In this document: positions 30,694-39,389 of the stretch, one piece after another | Position numbering within the stretch: the stretch's first letter is position 1 | How the letters are laid out: every line of letters starts with the position of its first letter | Assembly: GCA_963737265.1 (NCBI GenBank) | Contig: CAVTRY010000018.1 | Coordinates: forward strand, 64,001-128,000 | Length of the DNA stretch: 64,000 nt | From: an uncultured delta proteobacterium | GTDB taxonomy: Bacteria; Myxococcota_A; Polyangia; Fen-1088 | Direction of reading: 5' to 3' | Position numbers and translations under genes: made by a program | The notes under the pieces: generated by a model | Told to the model about the DNA's origin: nothing | The model's database searches: none | What the model saw: only the letters and a program-made list of their open reading frames with translations

Positions 30694-33419
30694 AGGTCCT
30701 CGGCGGCGGCGGCACGGGCGCGCTCCTTGCCCTTGCGAGCCACGGGATTGCCGGGTTCGATTGCCAGAGCCCGGTCGAACGATCGTTCGGCGTCAGCGAA
30801 TTGCTCGGAGGCGAGCTCAATTTTTCCCATCACGATGTGTGCCCGCACCTTGAGGTCGGCCGACGCACCCTTCGTCGCCTCGATAGCCTCGGTGGCCGCG
30901 ATTCGCGAGGCAGCCAGGCGGCCGCCGCTGAAGGTGGCCTCGGCCTTGGCGATGATTTTGGCCGCGGCTTCGTCGCCCGCCGCGGATTCCTGCACGCCGG
31001 CCCGATCCGAGGCGCCGCGCTCGCTAGCACTCGCCGCCAGCGTCCGGGCGGAGGACGGTTTGGTGGAAACGGGGAGCGGTGGCGATAGCGATGTCATCGA
31101 TCGATTTGGCGGCGCCAGCGGCGTCGCGGATTTGGCCGTAGGGAGCCTTGCCGTAGATGCCGTCGCCTGCGCCGGCGGAGGGGGCGTCGCTGGCAGCAAG
31201 ACAGGCTGCGCGGACGGTGGCGCCGGCATTTCATTTGGGCTTGGCCGGCCCGGCGCCTGGGCCGTCGGTGGCGGCGGCGAGACGGGTGCGGCGGTGACCA
31301 GGGCGGAGGACGGAGCGGCTGAGCTGGGCGATCCGTGGCGGACGAGGTACATGCCGGATCCCGCGATAAGAATCGTGGTCAAGGCGCCCAAGGAGAGGCC
31401 AACCTGCTTGCGCCGCCGCCGCGTGCGCTCGCTAAGCAGCTCGGTCTGCGAGGGCGATTTCATGCCGAGGATGCTGTTGCTCATGCTGCGGACGGCCTCA
31501 AGGTGGGCCAGAAGCTGCTTCTTGAGCTCCTCGGCCGAGGCTGGGCGCTTCGCCGGATCGCGGGCCACGCAGCGGAGAACCAGTTCCTCGAGGTCGGACG
31601 ACAAGTCGGAACGAAAATCCGACAACGCACGTGGATCGCGCGTGAGCTTGCGCTGCCAGACCTCGTCGACGGTTGTGCCGTCGACGGGCAGGTGGCCACC
31701 GGCCAACATGGCGTACAGAATTGCTCCCAGCGCGTAGATATCCGAGCGGAAATCGACCTTGCTGCCATTCCGGATCTGCTCGGGCGCCATGTATTTGGGC
31801 GTGCCGATGGTCGCGTCGGTCAGGGTCAGGTTGGCGCCATCGCCGGTTTCGTGCAGGAACTTGGCCACGCCGAAGTCGAGCACCTTCACCTGATCTTCGT
31901 CGTCCTGCGAGCGAACCAGCATCACGTTCGATGGCTTGAGATCGCGGTGAATGATGCCGGCGCGGTGGGCGGCCTCAAGCGCGCGGCAGACCTGGCCGGC
32001 AATCATGAGCGCGCGCTCGATGGTGAGCTGGCCGTCGCGCCGGATGACGGCGTCCAGGCCGACACCGTCGATGAATTCCATCACGAAGAAGAATTCGCCG
32101 CTCGGCGTCGTGCCGCAGTCGGTGACGTCGGCGATGTTGGGGTGGCCGATCTGTGCCGGGGCGAGCGCCTCGCGCTGGAATCGCTTGGCCACCTCGGACT
32201 TCCGGCGCTCGACCTGATGGGCGATCTTGATGGCCACGCGCTTACCGATTCCGGTGTGGTGCCCTTCGTAAACGCGGCCCATCGCGCCTTCGCCGACGAG
32301 ACGGCGCACGTAGTAGCGTTCGCACAGGGTCTTGCCAAGCAGTCCATCGGGATCGGGATCCGGCGTGGTTTTCCCTTCGTTGATGGGCGCGGCAACGATC
32401 CTCGGTTCGCTTTTCAACGCTGGCGGCGGGTTGTCCATGTGGGCCGCCAATTCGATCAGTTGGCGTTGTTCGACGGCCTCGTCGCGGATCTCGGTTTCGA
32501 AGAGCCTGGCGATGAACTTCGCGGCCTGCGGTTTGCCGCCCGAATCCCGCGGCATCTCAGCCATCAGCGCCGCACACATGTCTTCGCCGCTTTGGAAGCG
32601 GTCGGCGGGATTGATGGCCAGGGCCTTGGCCAGCGCTTGGTCGAGCCCTGGCGCCACGTCCTGGGTGAAACGCGACGGCGGTGGAACCGCGGCGCTGGGC
32701 GCGCGCGATTCCGAGGGCGGAAACATCTGTCTGCCGGTGAGGAGCTCCCACAAAATCACGCCAGCCGAGAAGAGGTCGCTGCGGTGGTCGACGGGTTTGC
32801 CCGTGTATTGTTCGGGCGACATGTAGCTGGTCTTGCCCCACTGCACACCGGTCGCGGTTTGCACGACCTTGGCCTTCCACTTGGCCAGGCCGAAATCGAT
32901 GAGCTTCACCCCGCCGGTGTAGGTGAGCATCACGTTGGAGGGCGAAATGTCGCGATGAACCAGCCCGAGCCCGTCGACGTTCGCCGCATACCACAAGGCC
33001 GACACCAGCTCGCCGATATAGTGCAGGCTCAGGCCGATGGGAAAGCCGTCGCGCCGTGTTGCGCAGCGATTCCAAGTTTCGGTGATGGACTTGCCCTGGA
33101 CGTACTCCATGGCCAGAAATCCCTGGCGCTCCTGGATGCCGAAGTCGAAGACGTAGACCAGGCATTCATGGGAAAGCTTGGTAACGACCTTGGCCTCGTC
33201 GAGAAAGCGCTGGGTTAGCTCTTCCGCGTCACGGCCAGCGCGCACCTCCTTCAAGACCTTGAGCGCGCACACGCGTTCCACGCCGGCTTGGCCGGTGAGC
33301 GCCATGAAAACATGGCCCATGCCTCCCTTGCCGAGCTCCTTGAGCAGGACGAAACGTGGCCCGAACCGGCGCGGGAAGCTGGACCTCGAAAAAGGGGGTT
33401 CCTCTCGAAGCAAAGTCAA
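30687..33419 (-). CDS. Ser/Thr kinase with two tandem kinase domains, TM helix and TPR-like tail
   Basis: HRDISPSN/DFG/SPE and HRDLKPSN/DFG/APE; TM helix VGLSLGALTTILIAGSGMYLV. Confidence 0.9.
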   Translation of the reverse strand: MTLLREEPPFSRSSFPRRFGPRFVLLKELGKGGMGHVFMALTGQAGVERVCALKVLKEVRAGRDAEELTQRFLDEAKVVTKLSHECLVYVFDFGIQERQGFLAMEYVQGKSITETWNRCATRRDGFPIGLSLHYIGELVSALWYAANVDGLGLVHRDISPSNVMLTYTGGVKLIDFGLAKWKAKVVQTATGVQWGKTSYMSPEQYTGKPVDHRSDLFSAGVILWELLTGRQMFPPSESRAPSAAVPPPSRFTQDVAPGLDQALAKALAINPADRFQSGEDMCAALMAEMPRDSGGKPQAAKFIARLFETEIRDEAVEQRQLIELAAHMDNPPPALKSEPRIVAAPINEGKTTPDPDPDGLLGKTLCERYYVRRLVGEGAMGRVYEGHHTGIGKRVAIKIAHQVERRKSEVAKRFQREALAPAQIGHPNIADVTDCGTTPSGEFFFVMEFIDGVGLDAVIRRDGQLTIERALMIAGQVCRALEAAHRAGIIHRDLKPSNVMLVRSQDDEDQVKVLDFGVAKFLHETGDGANLTLTDATIGTPKYMAPEQIRNGSKVDFRSDIYALGAILYAMLAGGHLPVDGTTVDEVWQRKLTRDPRALSDFRSDLSSDLEELVLRCVARDPAKRPASAEELKKQLLAHLEAVRSMSNSILGMKSPSQTELLSERTRRRRKQVGLSLGALTTILIAGSGMYLVRHGSPSSAAPSSALVTAAPVSPPPPTAQAPGRPSPNEMPAPPSAQPVLLPATPPPPAQATASTARLPTAKSATPLAPPNRSMTSLSPPLPVSTKPSSARTLAASASERGASDRAGVQESAAGDEAAAKIIAKAEATFSGGRLAASRIAATEAIEATKGASADLKVRAHIVMGKIELASEQFADAERSFDRALAIEPGNPVARKGKERARAAAAEDLQ

Positions 33420-33564
33420 CGAGGCTGGATACTACAACGAAGTCGACCGGCAACCGAAAACTGTTCGGCGAAATGCACCGACAGTTTTGCACCGGGTAGC
33501 GCTGCGAGTCGCCTCTTGCCCCGAAAGTGGCGAAATTGGCCGTTCCGGCGCAGATTGAAGCGCC

Positions 33565-34170
33565 GTGGATTTCGTTCGTGCGCACCGTTCCGTGATTCTC
33601 TCGCTGGTGGCTGGCAAGGGCCACTACGAGTCGGTGGTGAAGGCCGCGATGAATGCCGAGCGTAGCCTGTGGATCGCCACCGCAAATCTCAAGGAGCTGA
33701 TGGTCGAAGACGAACGCGCTCGTCCGGGCACAAGGCGGACAGTGGCGCGTGCTGGCCGAGGTAGTGCCTATCGCTCCGTGCTGCGGGTATTTGACGAACT
33801 GGTCCCGCACGGCGTGGAAGTACGCATCCTTCACGCGTCGCCGCCCTCGCGGCCATTTTGCGAAGAGCTGCGCCGCATTCCTGGCTTGCTCCGCCCGACA
33901 CGCGGCACGTTCGAGATGCGGATGTGCCCGCGCGTGCACTTCAAGACCGTAATCGTCGACAGCACGCTCGTCTACCTCGGCAGCGCAAACTGGACCGGGG
34001 CGGGTCTCGGCGCCAAGGGCGAGGGACGGCGCAACTTCGAGATGGGCATCAGCAGCCGCGACGATCTCCTGCTCGACGAGGCGCAGGGGTATTTCGACCA
34101 CATCTGGCGTGGCGGCGCGTGCGCGTCGTGCAAGCTGCGCGACGTATGCCCCAAGCCCCTCGACGCCTAG
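33565..34170 (+). CDS. Small phospholipase D-like (single HKD) protein
   Basis: HFKTVIVD...GSANWT...NFEMG, with C-terminal CASCKLRDVC. Confidence 0.85.
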   Translation: MDFVRAHRSVILSLVAGKGHYESVVKAAMNAERSLWIATANLKELMVEDERARPGTRRTVARAGRGSAYRSVLRVFDELVPHGVEVRILHASPPSRPFCEELRRIPGLLRPTRGTFEMRMCPRVHFKTVIVDSTLVYLGSANWTGAGLGAKGEGRRNFEMGISSRDDLLLDEAQGYFDHIWRGGACASCKLRDVCPKPLDA

Positions 34171-34203
34171 TTCAGCGCGCGGCTCGCCGCTGGCTTACAA
34201 TGG

Positions 34204-35958
34204 ATGGCCGTGCCACCCCCGCTGCGATTTGGAAAGTACATTCTCGAAGGACTCCTTGGACCAGGGGGCGTGACGGAAACCTATCTGGCGCGGCTGGCAA
34301 GAGACGTTCGGAATCAGGCCGGAGGAAGTGCGGCTGGGCAGCTATTTGCGCTCAAGCTGTTGCGACCGGACCGCGTCCCCGACGGTTCCTTCGCCGAGGT
34401 CGCACGCCGTTTCGTCGCCGCCGGCCGACAGTTGCTCAACTTCCATCGCCCGGGCTTCGGCAAGGTCGTGGACGTTTCGGACGATCCCGCGGCCACCCTG
34501 ATCGTGACTGAACATGTGGCCGGCTGCGATCTTGCCCGGCTGATCGAGACCAGCCACGCTGAAAATCGGGAGGGGGCCGGACTTGATCCGGTGTTGGCGG
34601 GTCTTCTTGGCTCGGAGATCGCGCGGCTGCTGCACGTCGGTCATGCGGCGAAACCGCCTTTCTGCCATCTCGGGCTTGCACCGCAAAACGTCCACGTGAC
34701 AGCCGCCGGGGAAGTCGTGATGCTGGATATGGGCATCGCGGCCGGCCTGCGTGGAATCACCGAGCAACCCATCGAGCGTTGGTTGTTCGTCGCTCCCGAA
34801 TTGCAGGGTGTGGATACCGGGTCGGTCGCGCTCGGCGACCGCAAGTCAGTGGCCGCGGATCTCTATTCGCTGGGCGCGCTGCTTTTCTTCGTCCTGTTTG
34901 GCCGGCCGCCCGTCGCGGGCTCCACGCCGTCCGACTTGGTGGGACGCAAGCAGCCACCTGACATGCCCGACCTCCCGAGCAAGCTAGGCGCGGCGATGCG
35001 TACGCTGCTATCGCCCGAGCCTGAGGATCGACCGGCATCCGCCGCGACGTTGGTCGAATGGCTTGCGGGTGGAATCGACGGCGCGCGCGACAGGCAGGCA
35101 TTGATCGCCGATCGGGTACGCGCGAATGAGACGGGTGCACGACCCGCGCCACCATCTCAGCCGGGGCCGGCAGGCCAGGCGTCGCGTGGACCTGTGCCGA
35201 TCGTGGCCACCGGGACGCACAATGCTCGCCTGGACATCGTCGGCCGGGTGCGAGGGGGCTCTCGGGCGCGACAGGTTTCCCTCCTTGCTGGGCTCGTCTT
35301 GGTGGCCGCGGCCACAGGCTCCATCGTCGCGACTCGCTTCCTCGGCCATGAGCGAATCGCTGCAACCCAGGGCCATGTCGAGGAATCGGGTCGTGGAAGG
35401 AATGCGGAGATGCCATCGCAGGCGCGGGCGACAGAGCCAGAAAACGCGCAAAAACCGACCGAAGCAATGGGCGGTCTCCCCGTGGAGGCGCACGCCACCG
35501 TCGACCCCCCGTTTTCGCGAGTGGCCGGTCACTTGATCGCCGAGACGGCGCCGCCGGGTGCCATGCTGTGGGTGGATGGGATCCTCAAGGGCAAGACCTT
35601 CACGGATATCGTGGTGGGCGACGGAGGACATCGCATCGTGCTGATTGCCCCAGGTCACCGCATGTTTCGCGACGTCGTGGACACCACCACCGGCGTCATT
35701 ATCCGCCGCACCTTGCTGCCCATCGATCCGCCCATTCATGGCAATGGCTTCATCGATGTCGAATGTCGGACCAACGGCAAATATCCGGTGTTGGTGGACG
35801 AAGAAGAAACCGGCCTACTGTGTCCCATTAAAATGATGCCGACCACGACGGGCAAGCATGTGGTTGGCATCTTCGTCCCGCCCGAGCGTCGCACGGTGGC
35901 GGTCGAGACCACGGTCGAAATCGGTTCCAAGCCCGCCGTCGTGAAATTCGGCCAGTAG
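34204..35958 (+). CDS. Membrane pseudokinase with PEGA-like region (paralog of 28945-30693)
   Basis: HRD->HLG and DFG->DMG; TM helix; PPGAMLWVDG; CRTNGKYPV...LCPI. Confidence 0.8.
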   Translation: MAVPPPLRFGKYILEGLLGPGGVTETYLARLARDVRNQAGGSAAGQLFALKLLRPDRVPDGSFAEVARRFVAAGRQLLNFHRPGFGKVVDVSDDPAATLIVTEHVAGCDLARLIETSHAENREGAGLDPVLAGLLGSEIARLLHVGHAAKPPFCHLGLAPQNVHVTAAGEVVMLDMGIAAGLRGITEQPIERWLFVAPELQGVDTGSVALGDRKSVAADLYSLGALLFFVLFGRPPVAGSTPSDLVGRKQPPDMPDLPSKLGAAMRTLLSPEPEDRPASAATLVEWLAGGIDGARDRQALIADRVRANETGARPAPPSQPGPAGQASRGPVPIVATGTHNARLDIVGRVRGGSRARQVSLLAGLVLVAAATGSIVATRFLGHERIAATQGHVEESGRGRNAEMPSQARATEPENAQKPTEAMGGLPVEAHATVDPPFSRVAGHLIAETAPPGAMLWVDGILKGKTFTDIVVGDGGHRIVLIAPGHRMFRDVVDTTTGVIIRRTLLPIDPPIHGNGFIDVECRTNGKYPVLVDEEETGLLCPIKMMPTTTGKHVVGIFVPPERRTVAVETTVEIGSKPAVVKFGQ

Positions 35959-36110
35959 GGAGCCCGAGCCTATCTGGTGGCATCTTCGTCGGATACTAAG
36001 TGAAGAATAGTCTGCAGCGGTTGTCTGGATACTATTCGGCAAGTGCTTGGGTTGGGCGAGAATCAATCTCCTCGATTGGTCGAAGCCGCCGCCATTTGCC
36101 TGTGGTGGAC

Positions 36111-36127
36111 TTGGCCTACGGGTTGCA
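36111..36127 (+). promoter_or_regulatory. Putative sigma54 -24/-12 promoter of the efflux operon
   Basis: TTGGCCTACGGGTTGCA has GG-N10-GC spacing and lies about 60 nt before the YHS gene. Confidence 0.6.
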
Positions 36128-36184
36128 GGCTTCTGGAGCAACGCTGCCTTACAAGGAAGTTTGGCGGCAAAAGGAGCCACCACC

Positions 36185-36475
36185 ATGAAGACCATTTTCG
36201 CTGCACTGTCTCTCGCCGGTTTTGTTCTCGCTGCCGCGCCGTCGGTTCAGGCCAAGTCCACCGACGAAGCAAAGGTAGAAGCCAAAGCGACGGCGCCCAG
36301 GGTGTTCTCGGCCCCGCAAAAAGAAGGCACCAGGGCAACCTGCCCGGTGACGGGTGAGGAGTTCACGATCGCCAAGGATACCGTGCACGTGGAATACAAG
36401 GGCAAGCACGTCTACTTTTGCTGCGCCGGCTGCAAGAAGGCGTTCGACAAAGATCCCGAAAAGTACACCAAGTAG
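36185..36475 (+). CDS. Exported YHS-domain protein
   Basis: Signal peptide; CPVTG...YKGKHVYFCCAGCKKAFDKDPEKY. Confidence 0.88.
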   Translation: MKTIFAALSLAGFVLAAAPSVQAKSTDEAKVEAKATAPRVFSAPQKEGTRATCPVTGEEFTIAKDTVHVEYKGKHVYFCCAGCKKAFDKDPEKYTK

Positions 36476-36494
36476 TCGGCGAGGAAGTGGCACC

Positions 36495-37907
36495 ATGGGC
36501 ACTTGGCTCGCGCCGCTTTTGTTGGTTTTCGCCGCACCCCGATTTGCCGCGGTCGATCCGGGGACGGTTCCGGTAGGGCCCATGCTGGCCGACGATCCGG
36601 TGCTTCGGGCGCTCGCAGCCGAGGCGATGGAGCGCCGGCCGGAGCTGGCCCAGGCGCGGGCGCAGATCCGTGCCGAGCAGGAGCGCGCGCCGCAGGTGAG
36701 CGCGCTACCCGATCCGACGCTGTCGCTCGGCATCCAGAACGACGGCTTTCGCGGCATTCAGATTGGCAAAATGGAGACGAGCTTCGTCACCATTATGGCG
36801 TCGCAGACCTTTCCCTGGGTGGGCAAGCGCGGGCTGCGCAGTCAGGTGGCCGAGCTCGGGTCGCGCGAGGCCGACGCCGATCTTCATCGCGTCCTGTTGT
36901 CGGTGGTGGCGGACGTGGAGCGGGCCTACGTCGATTTGCTGTTGATACGAGACCAACTTGGTCGGCTTGCCAAGCTGGAATCGCTTTGGGCACAATCGGA
37001 GGGGATGGCCCGCATCCGTTACGAGTCGGGCGAGACGGCGCAGTCCGACCTCATGCGCGCCCAGCTGCAACGAAACCGGTTACGACAACAACGGTGGGCC
37101 TTGCAGGCCGAGGAGCATCGGCGAGTCACCGTGCTCAACCGCCTGCGTGGACGTTCCGAGAGCGATGACATCGTGACGACGCGCTCGCTGGCGGATGTGC
37201 CCGATCCCGTGTTGCCCGACGCCGAGCACGAGGTCGCGGCCGCCGAGCAGGATAGCCCGGAGCTCAAGAAGGCGCTGCTGGCTGGGGAGCAGGCCGGCCG
37301 GCGTGTGGAGTTGGCGGGCAAAGAGCGCTGGCCGGACGTGACGGTGAGCGCGGGAATCATGCCTCGCGGGGGCAACTACGAGACCATGTGGCAGGCCGGC
37401 GTCGCCTTGAACCTGCCTCTTTGGGGCGCGCAAAAGCAGTGGCGGGCCATGGCGGAAAATCGCGCGCGGGGCGAGGCCGCTCGCAGCAATGCGGACGTCA
37501 TCCGTCAGCTGTTGCGGCAGCGGGTTCACGAGAGGCTGGCGGTGCTGGGCTCGCTGGTGGAATCAAACCACCTCTATCGTTCTGGGTTGCTGGTGCAGTC
37601 GGAAGCGACCGTGTCGAGTACGCTGGCGCAATATCAGGTCGGTCGCGTGACGTTTGCCTCCGTGCTGGAGGCGCTGGCCGGGTACGTGGCTGACGTAAAC
37701 GGCTTCTTCGATTCGGTCGCGGCGGCACAAAGGATCGCCATCGCCGAGCGGGAGATCAGTCTGGAGGCGCCGGGCGGATCGGCGGGCGGCATGGGTGCCT
37801 CGGCGATTCCGGGCGCGGGCTCGACCGCTGGCGCTTCAGCGTCGAACCGGGCGGCGGGCCAGCCGCAAGGTGGGGACAGCGCCGGCACATCGATGTCGCG
37901 TATGTAG
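36495..37907 (+). CDS. TolC-family outer membrane efflux protein (CusC/CzcC-like)
   Basis: ALPDPTLSLG, SQTFPWVGKRGLR and LNLPLW; operon context. Confidence 0.88.
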   Translation: MGTWLAPLLLVFAAPRFAAVDPGTVPVGPMLADDPVLRALAAEAMERRPELAQARAQIRAEQERAPQVSALPDPTLSLGIQNDGFRGIQIGKMETSFVTIMASQTFPWVGKRGLRSQVAELGSREADADLHRVLLSVVADVERAYVDLLLIRDQLGRLAKLESLWAQSEGMARIRYESGETAQSDLMRAQLQRNRLRQQRWALQAEEHRRVTVLNRLRGRSESDDIVTTRSLADVPDPVLPDAEHEVAAAEQDSPELKKALLAGEQAGRRVELAGKERWPDVTVSAGIMPRGGNYETMWQAGVALNLPLWGAQKQWRAMAENRARGEAARSNADVIRQLLRQRVHERLAVLGSLVESNHLYRSGLLVQSEATVSSTLAQYQVGRVTFASVLEALAGYVADVNGFFDSVAAAQRIAIAEREISLEAPGGSAGGMGASAIPGAGSTAGASASNRAAGQPQGGDSAGTSMSRM

Positions 37908-37920
37908 AACCGAGCACTCC

Positions 37921-39387
37921 ATGGACCGAGATAAGACCGAAGGCTCTGAAGCGGCGGATTCCGAAACGCAGTCGCTTTCGCGGCGCCTCGTCGTCGTTGC
38001 CGTGGCGGCGGTCGTGGCGGGTGCCTCGCTTGGCGGGACGGGGGTGTGGCTGGGAATGAGCCGACATGGTGTCGGCGAGCCCGGCACGCCTGCGACCTCT
38101 GCGGGGAAGAAGGCGCCGCTCTACCAGTGCCCCATGCACCCATCCATCACGTCGGACCATCCGGGGAATTGCCCGATCTGCGGCATGAAACTGATCGCGG
38201 TTGCGTCGGCAGCGATAAACAGCCCGCCGGCAGGCGACAAGTCAGGCGAGCGCAAGATCGCGTTCTATCGCTCGCCGATGAATCCGAAGCAGACCTCGCC
38301 GGTTCCCCGCAAGGACGAAATGGGCATGGACTACGTCGTCGTCTACCAGGACGAGACGGACGGCAGATCGCAGGTGGCGGGTTTGGCGTCGATCACCATC
38401 GATCCGTCTCGCCAGCAACTAATCGGGTTGCGCACGGTCGCCGTTTGCAAAGGTCCCGTCGGCGCCACCTGGCGCACCGCCGCGCGCGTGCAGGTCGATC
38501 CCACACGCGTGCGCCAGACCAACGTGAAGGTGGAAGGCTTCGTCGAGCGGATCTTCGTGGATTTCGTCGGACAGGAGGTTCGCAAAGGCCAGCCGCTGTT
38601 CTCGCTTTACAGCCCGAGCCTGCTGGCCGCGCAGAGCGAATATTTGCTTGCCTTGCAGACCAGGGAAGCTCTTGCCAAGGGCGGGGCGTTGGCCGAAAAC
38701 GGCGAGACCTTGGTGGCGGCGGCGCGACGACGCCTGGAATTGTGGGACGTACCGGCCGCGGAGCTCGACCGGCTCGCGCGCACGCGGCAGCCGACCAAGA
38801 CGCTGACCCTGGTGTCGCCTATCTCGGGCGTCGTGACGGCGAAGAACGTCGTGCAAGGGGCGCGACTTAATCCGGGCGAGGCGCCGTACGAGATCACGGA
38901 TTTGGGCATGGTGTGGGTCATGGCCGATGCCTACGAAACCGATCTGGACCGCATTCATGTGGGCATGAAGGCGATGTTGACCATGCCCGCGTATCCCAAT
39001 CGCTCGTTCGTGGGCACGGTTGGCTTCATCGATCCGGTGCTGGACCCGAAGACCCGCACTACCAAGGTGCACTTGCATTTCGCCAACCCCAAGCGCGAGC
39101 TCAAACCGGAAATGTACGGCGAGGTGACGCTCGGGGGTGCGGCGAGGGAAGGGCTGCACATTCCGGCCGATGCGGTCATTCGCACGGGCAGCAAGGACGT
39201 GGTCTTCGTGGCGCGTGGGGAAGGGAAGTTCGAGCCGCGCGTGGTGCAGCTCGGAAGCAAAAGCGGCGACCAAGTGGAGGTGACGGGTGGGTTGGAACAG
39301 GGCCAAGAAATCGTCACCCGCGCCAACTTCCTCGTCGATTCAGAATCGCAATTACGCTCGTCGCTGTCCGCCATCGGAGGCAACTAG
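37921..39387 (+). CDS. cusB: RND periplasmic adaptor with heavy-metal-binding domains (CusB-like)
   Basis: YQCPMHP...CPICGM, YRSPMNP...KDEMGMDY and ANFLVDSES. Confidence 0.88.
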   Translation: MDRDKTEGSEAADSETQSLSRRLVVVAVAAVVAGASLGGTGVWLGMSRHGVGEPGTPATSAGKKAPLYQCPMHPSITSDHPGNCPICGMKLIAVASAAINSPPAGDKSGERKIAFYRSPMNPKQTSPVPRKDEMGMDYVVVYQDETDGRSQVAGLASITIDPSRQQLIGLRTVAVCKGPVGATWRTAARVQVDPTRVRQTNVKVEGFVERIFVDFVGQEVRKGQPLFSLYSPSLLAAQSEYLLALQTREALAKGGALAENGETLVAAARRRLELWDVPAAELDRLARTRQPTKTLTLVSPISGVVTAKNVVQGARLNPGEAPYEITDLGMVWVMADAYETDLDRIHVGMKAMLTMPAYPNRSFVGTVGFIDPVLDPKTRTTKVHLHFANPKRELKPEMYGEVTLGGAAREGLHIPADAVIRTGSKDVVFVARGEGKFEPRVVQLGSKSGDQVEVTGGLEQGQEIVTRANFLVDSESQLRSSLSAIGGN

Positions 39388-39389
39388 CC

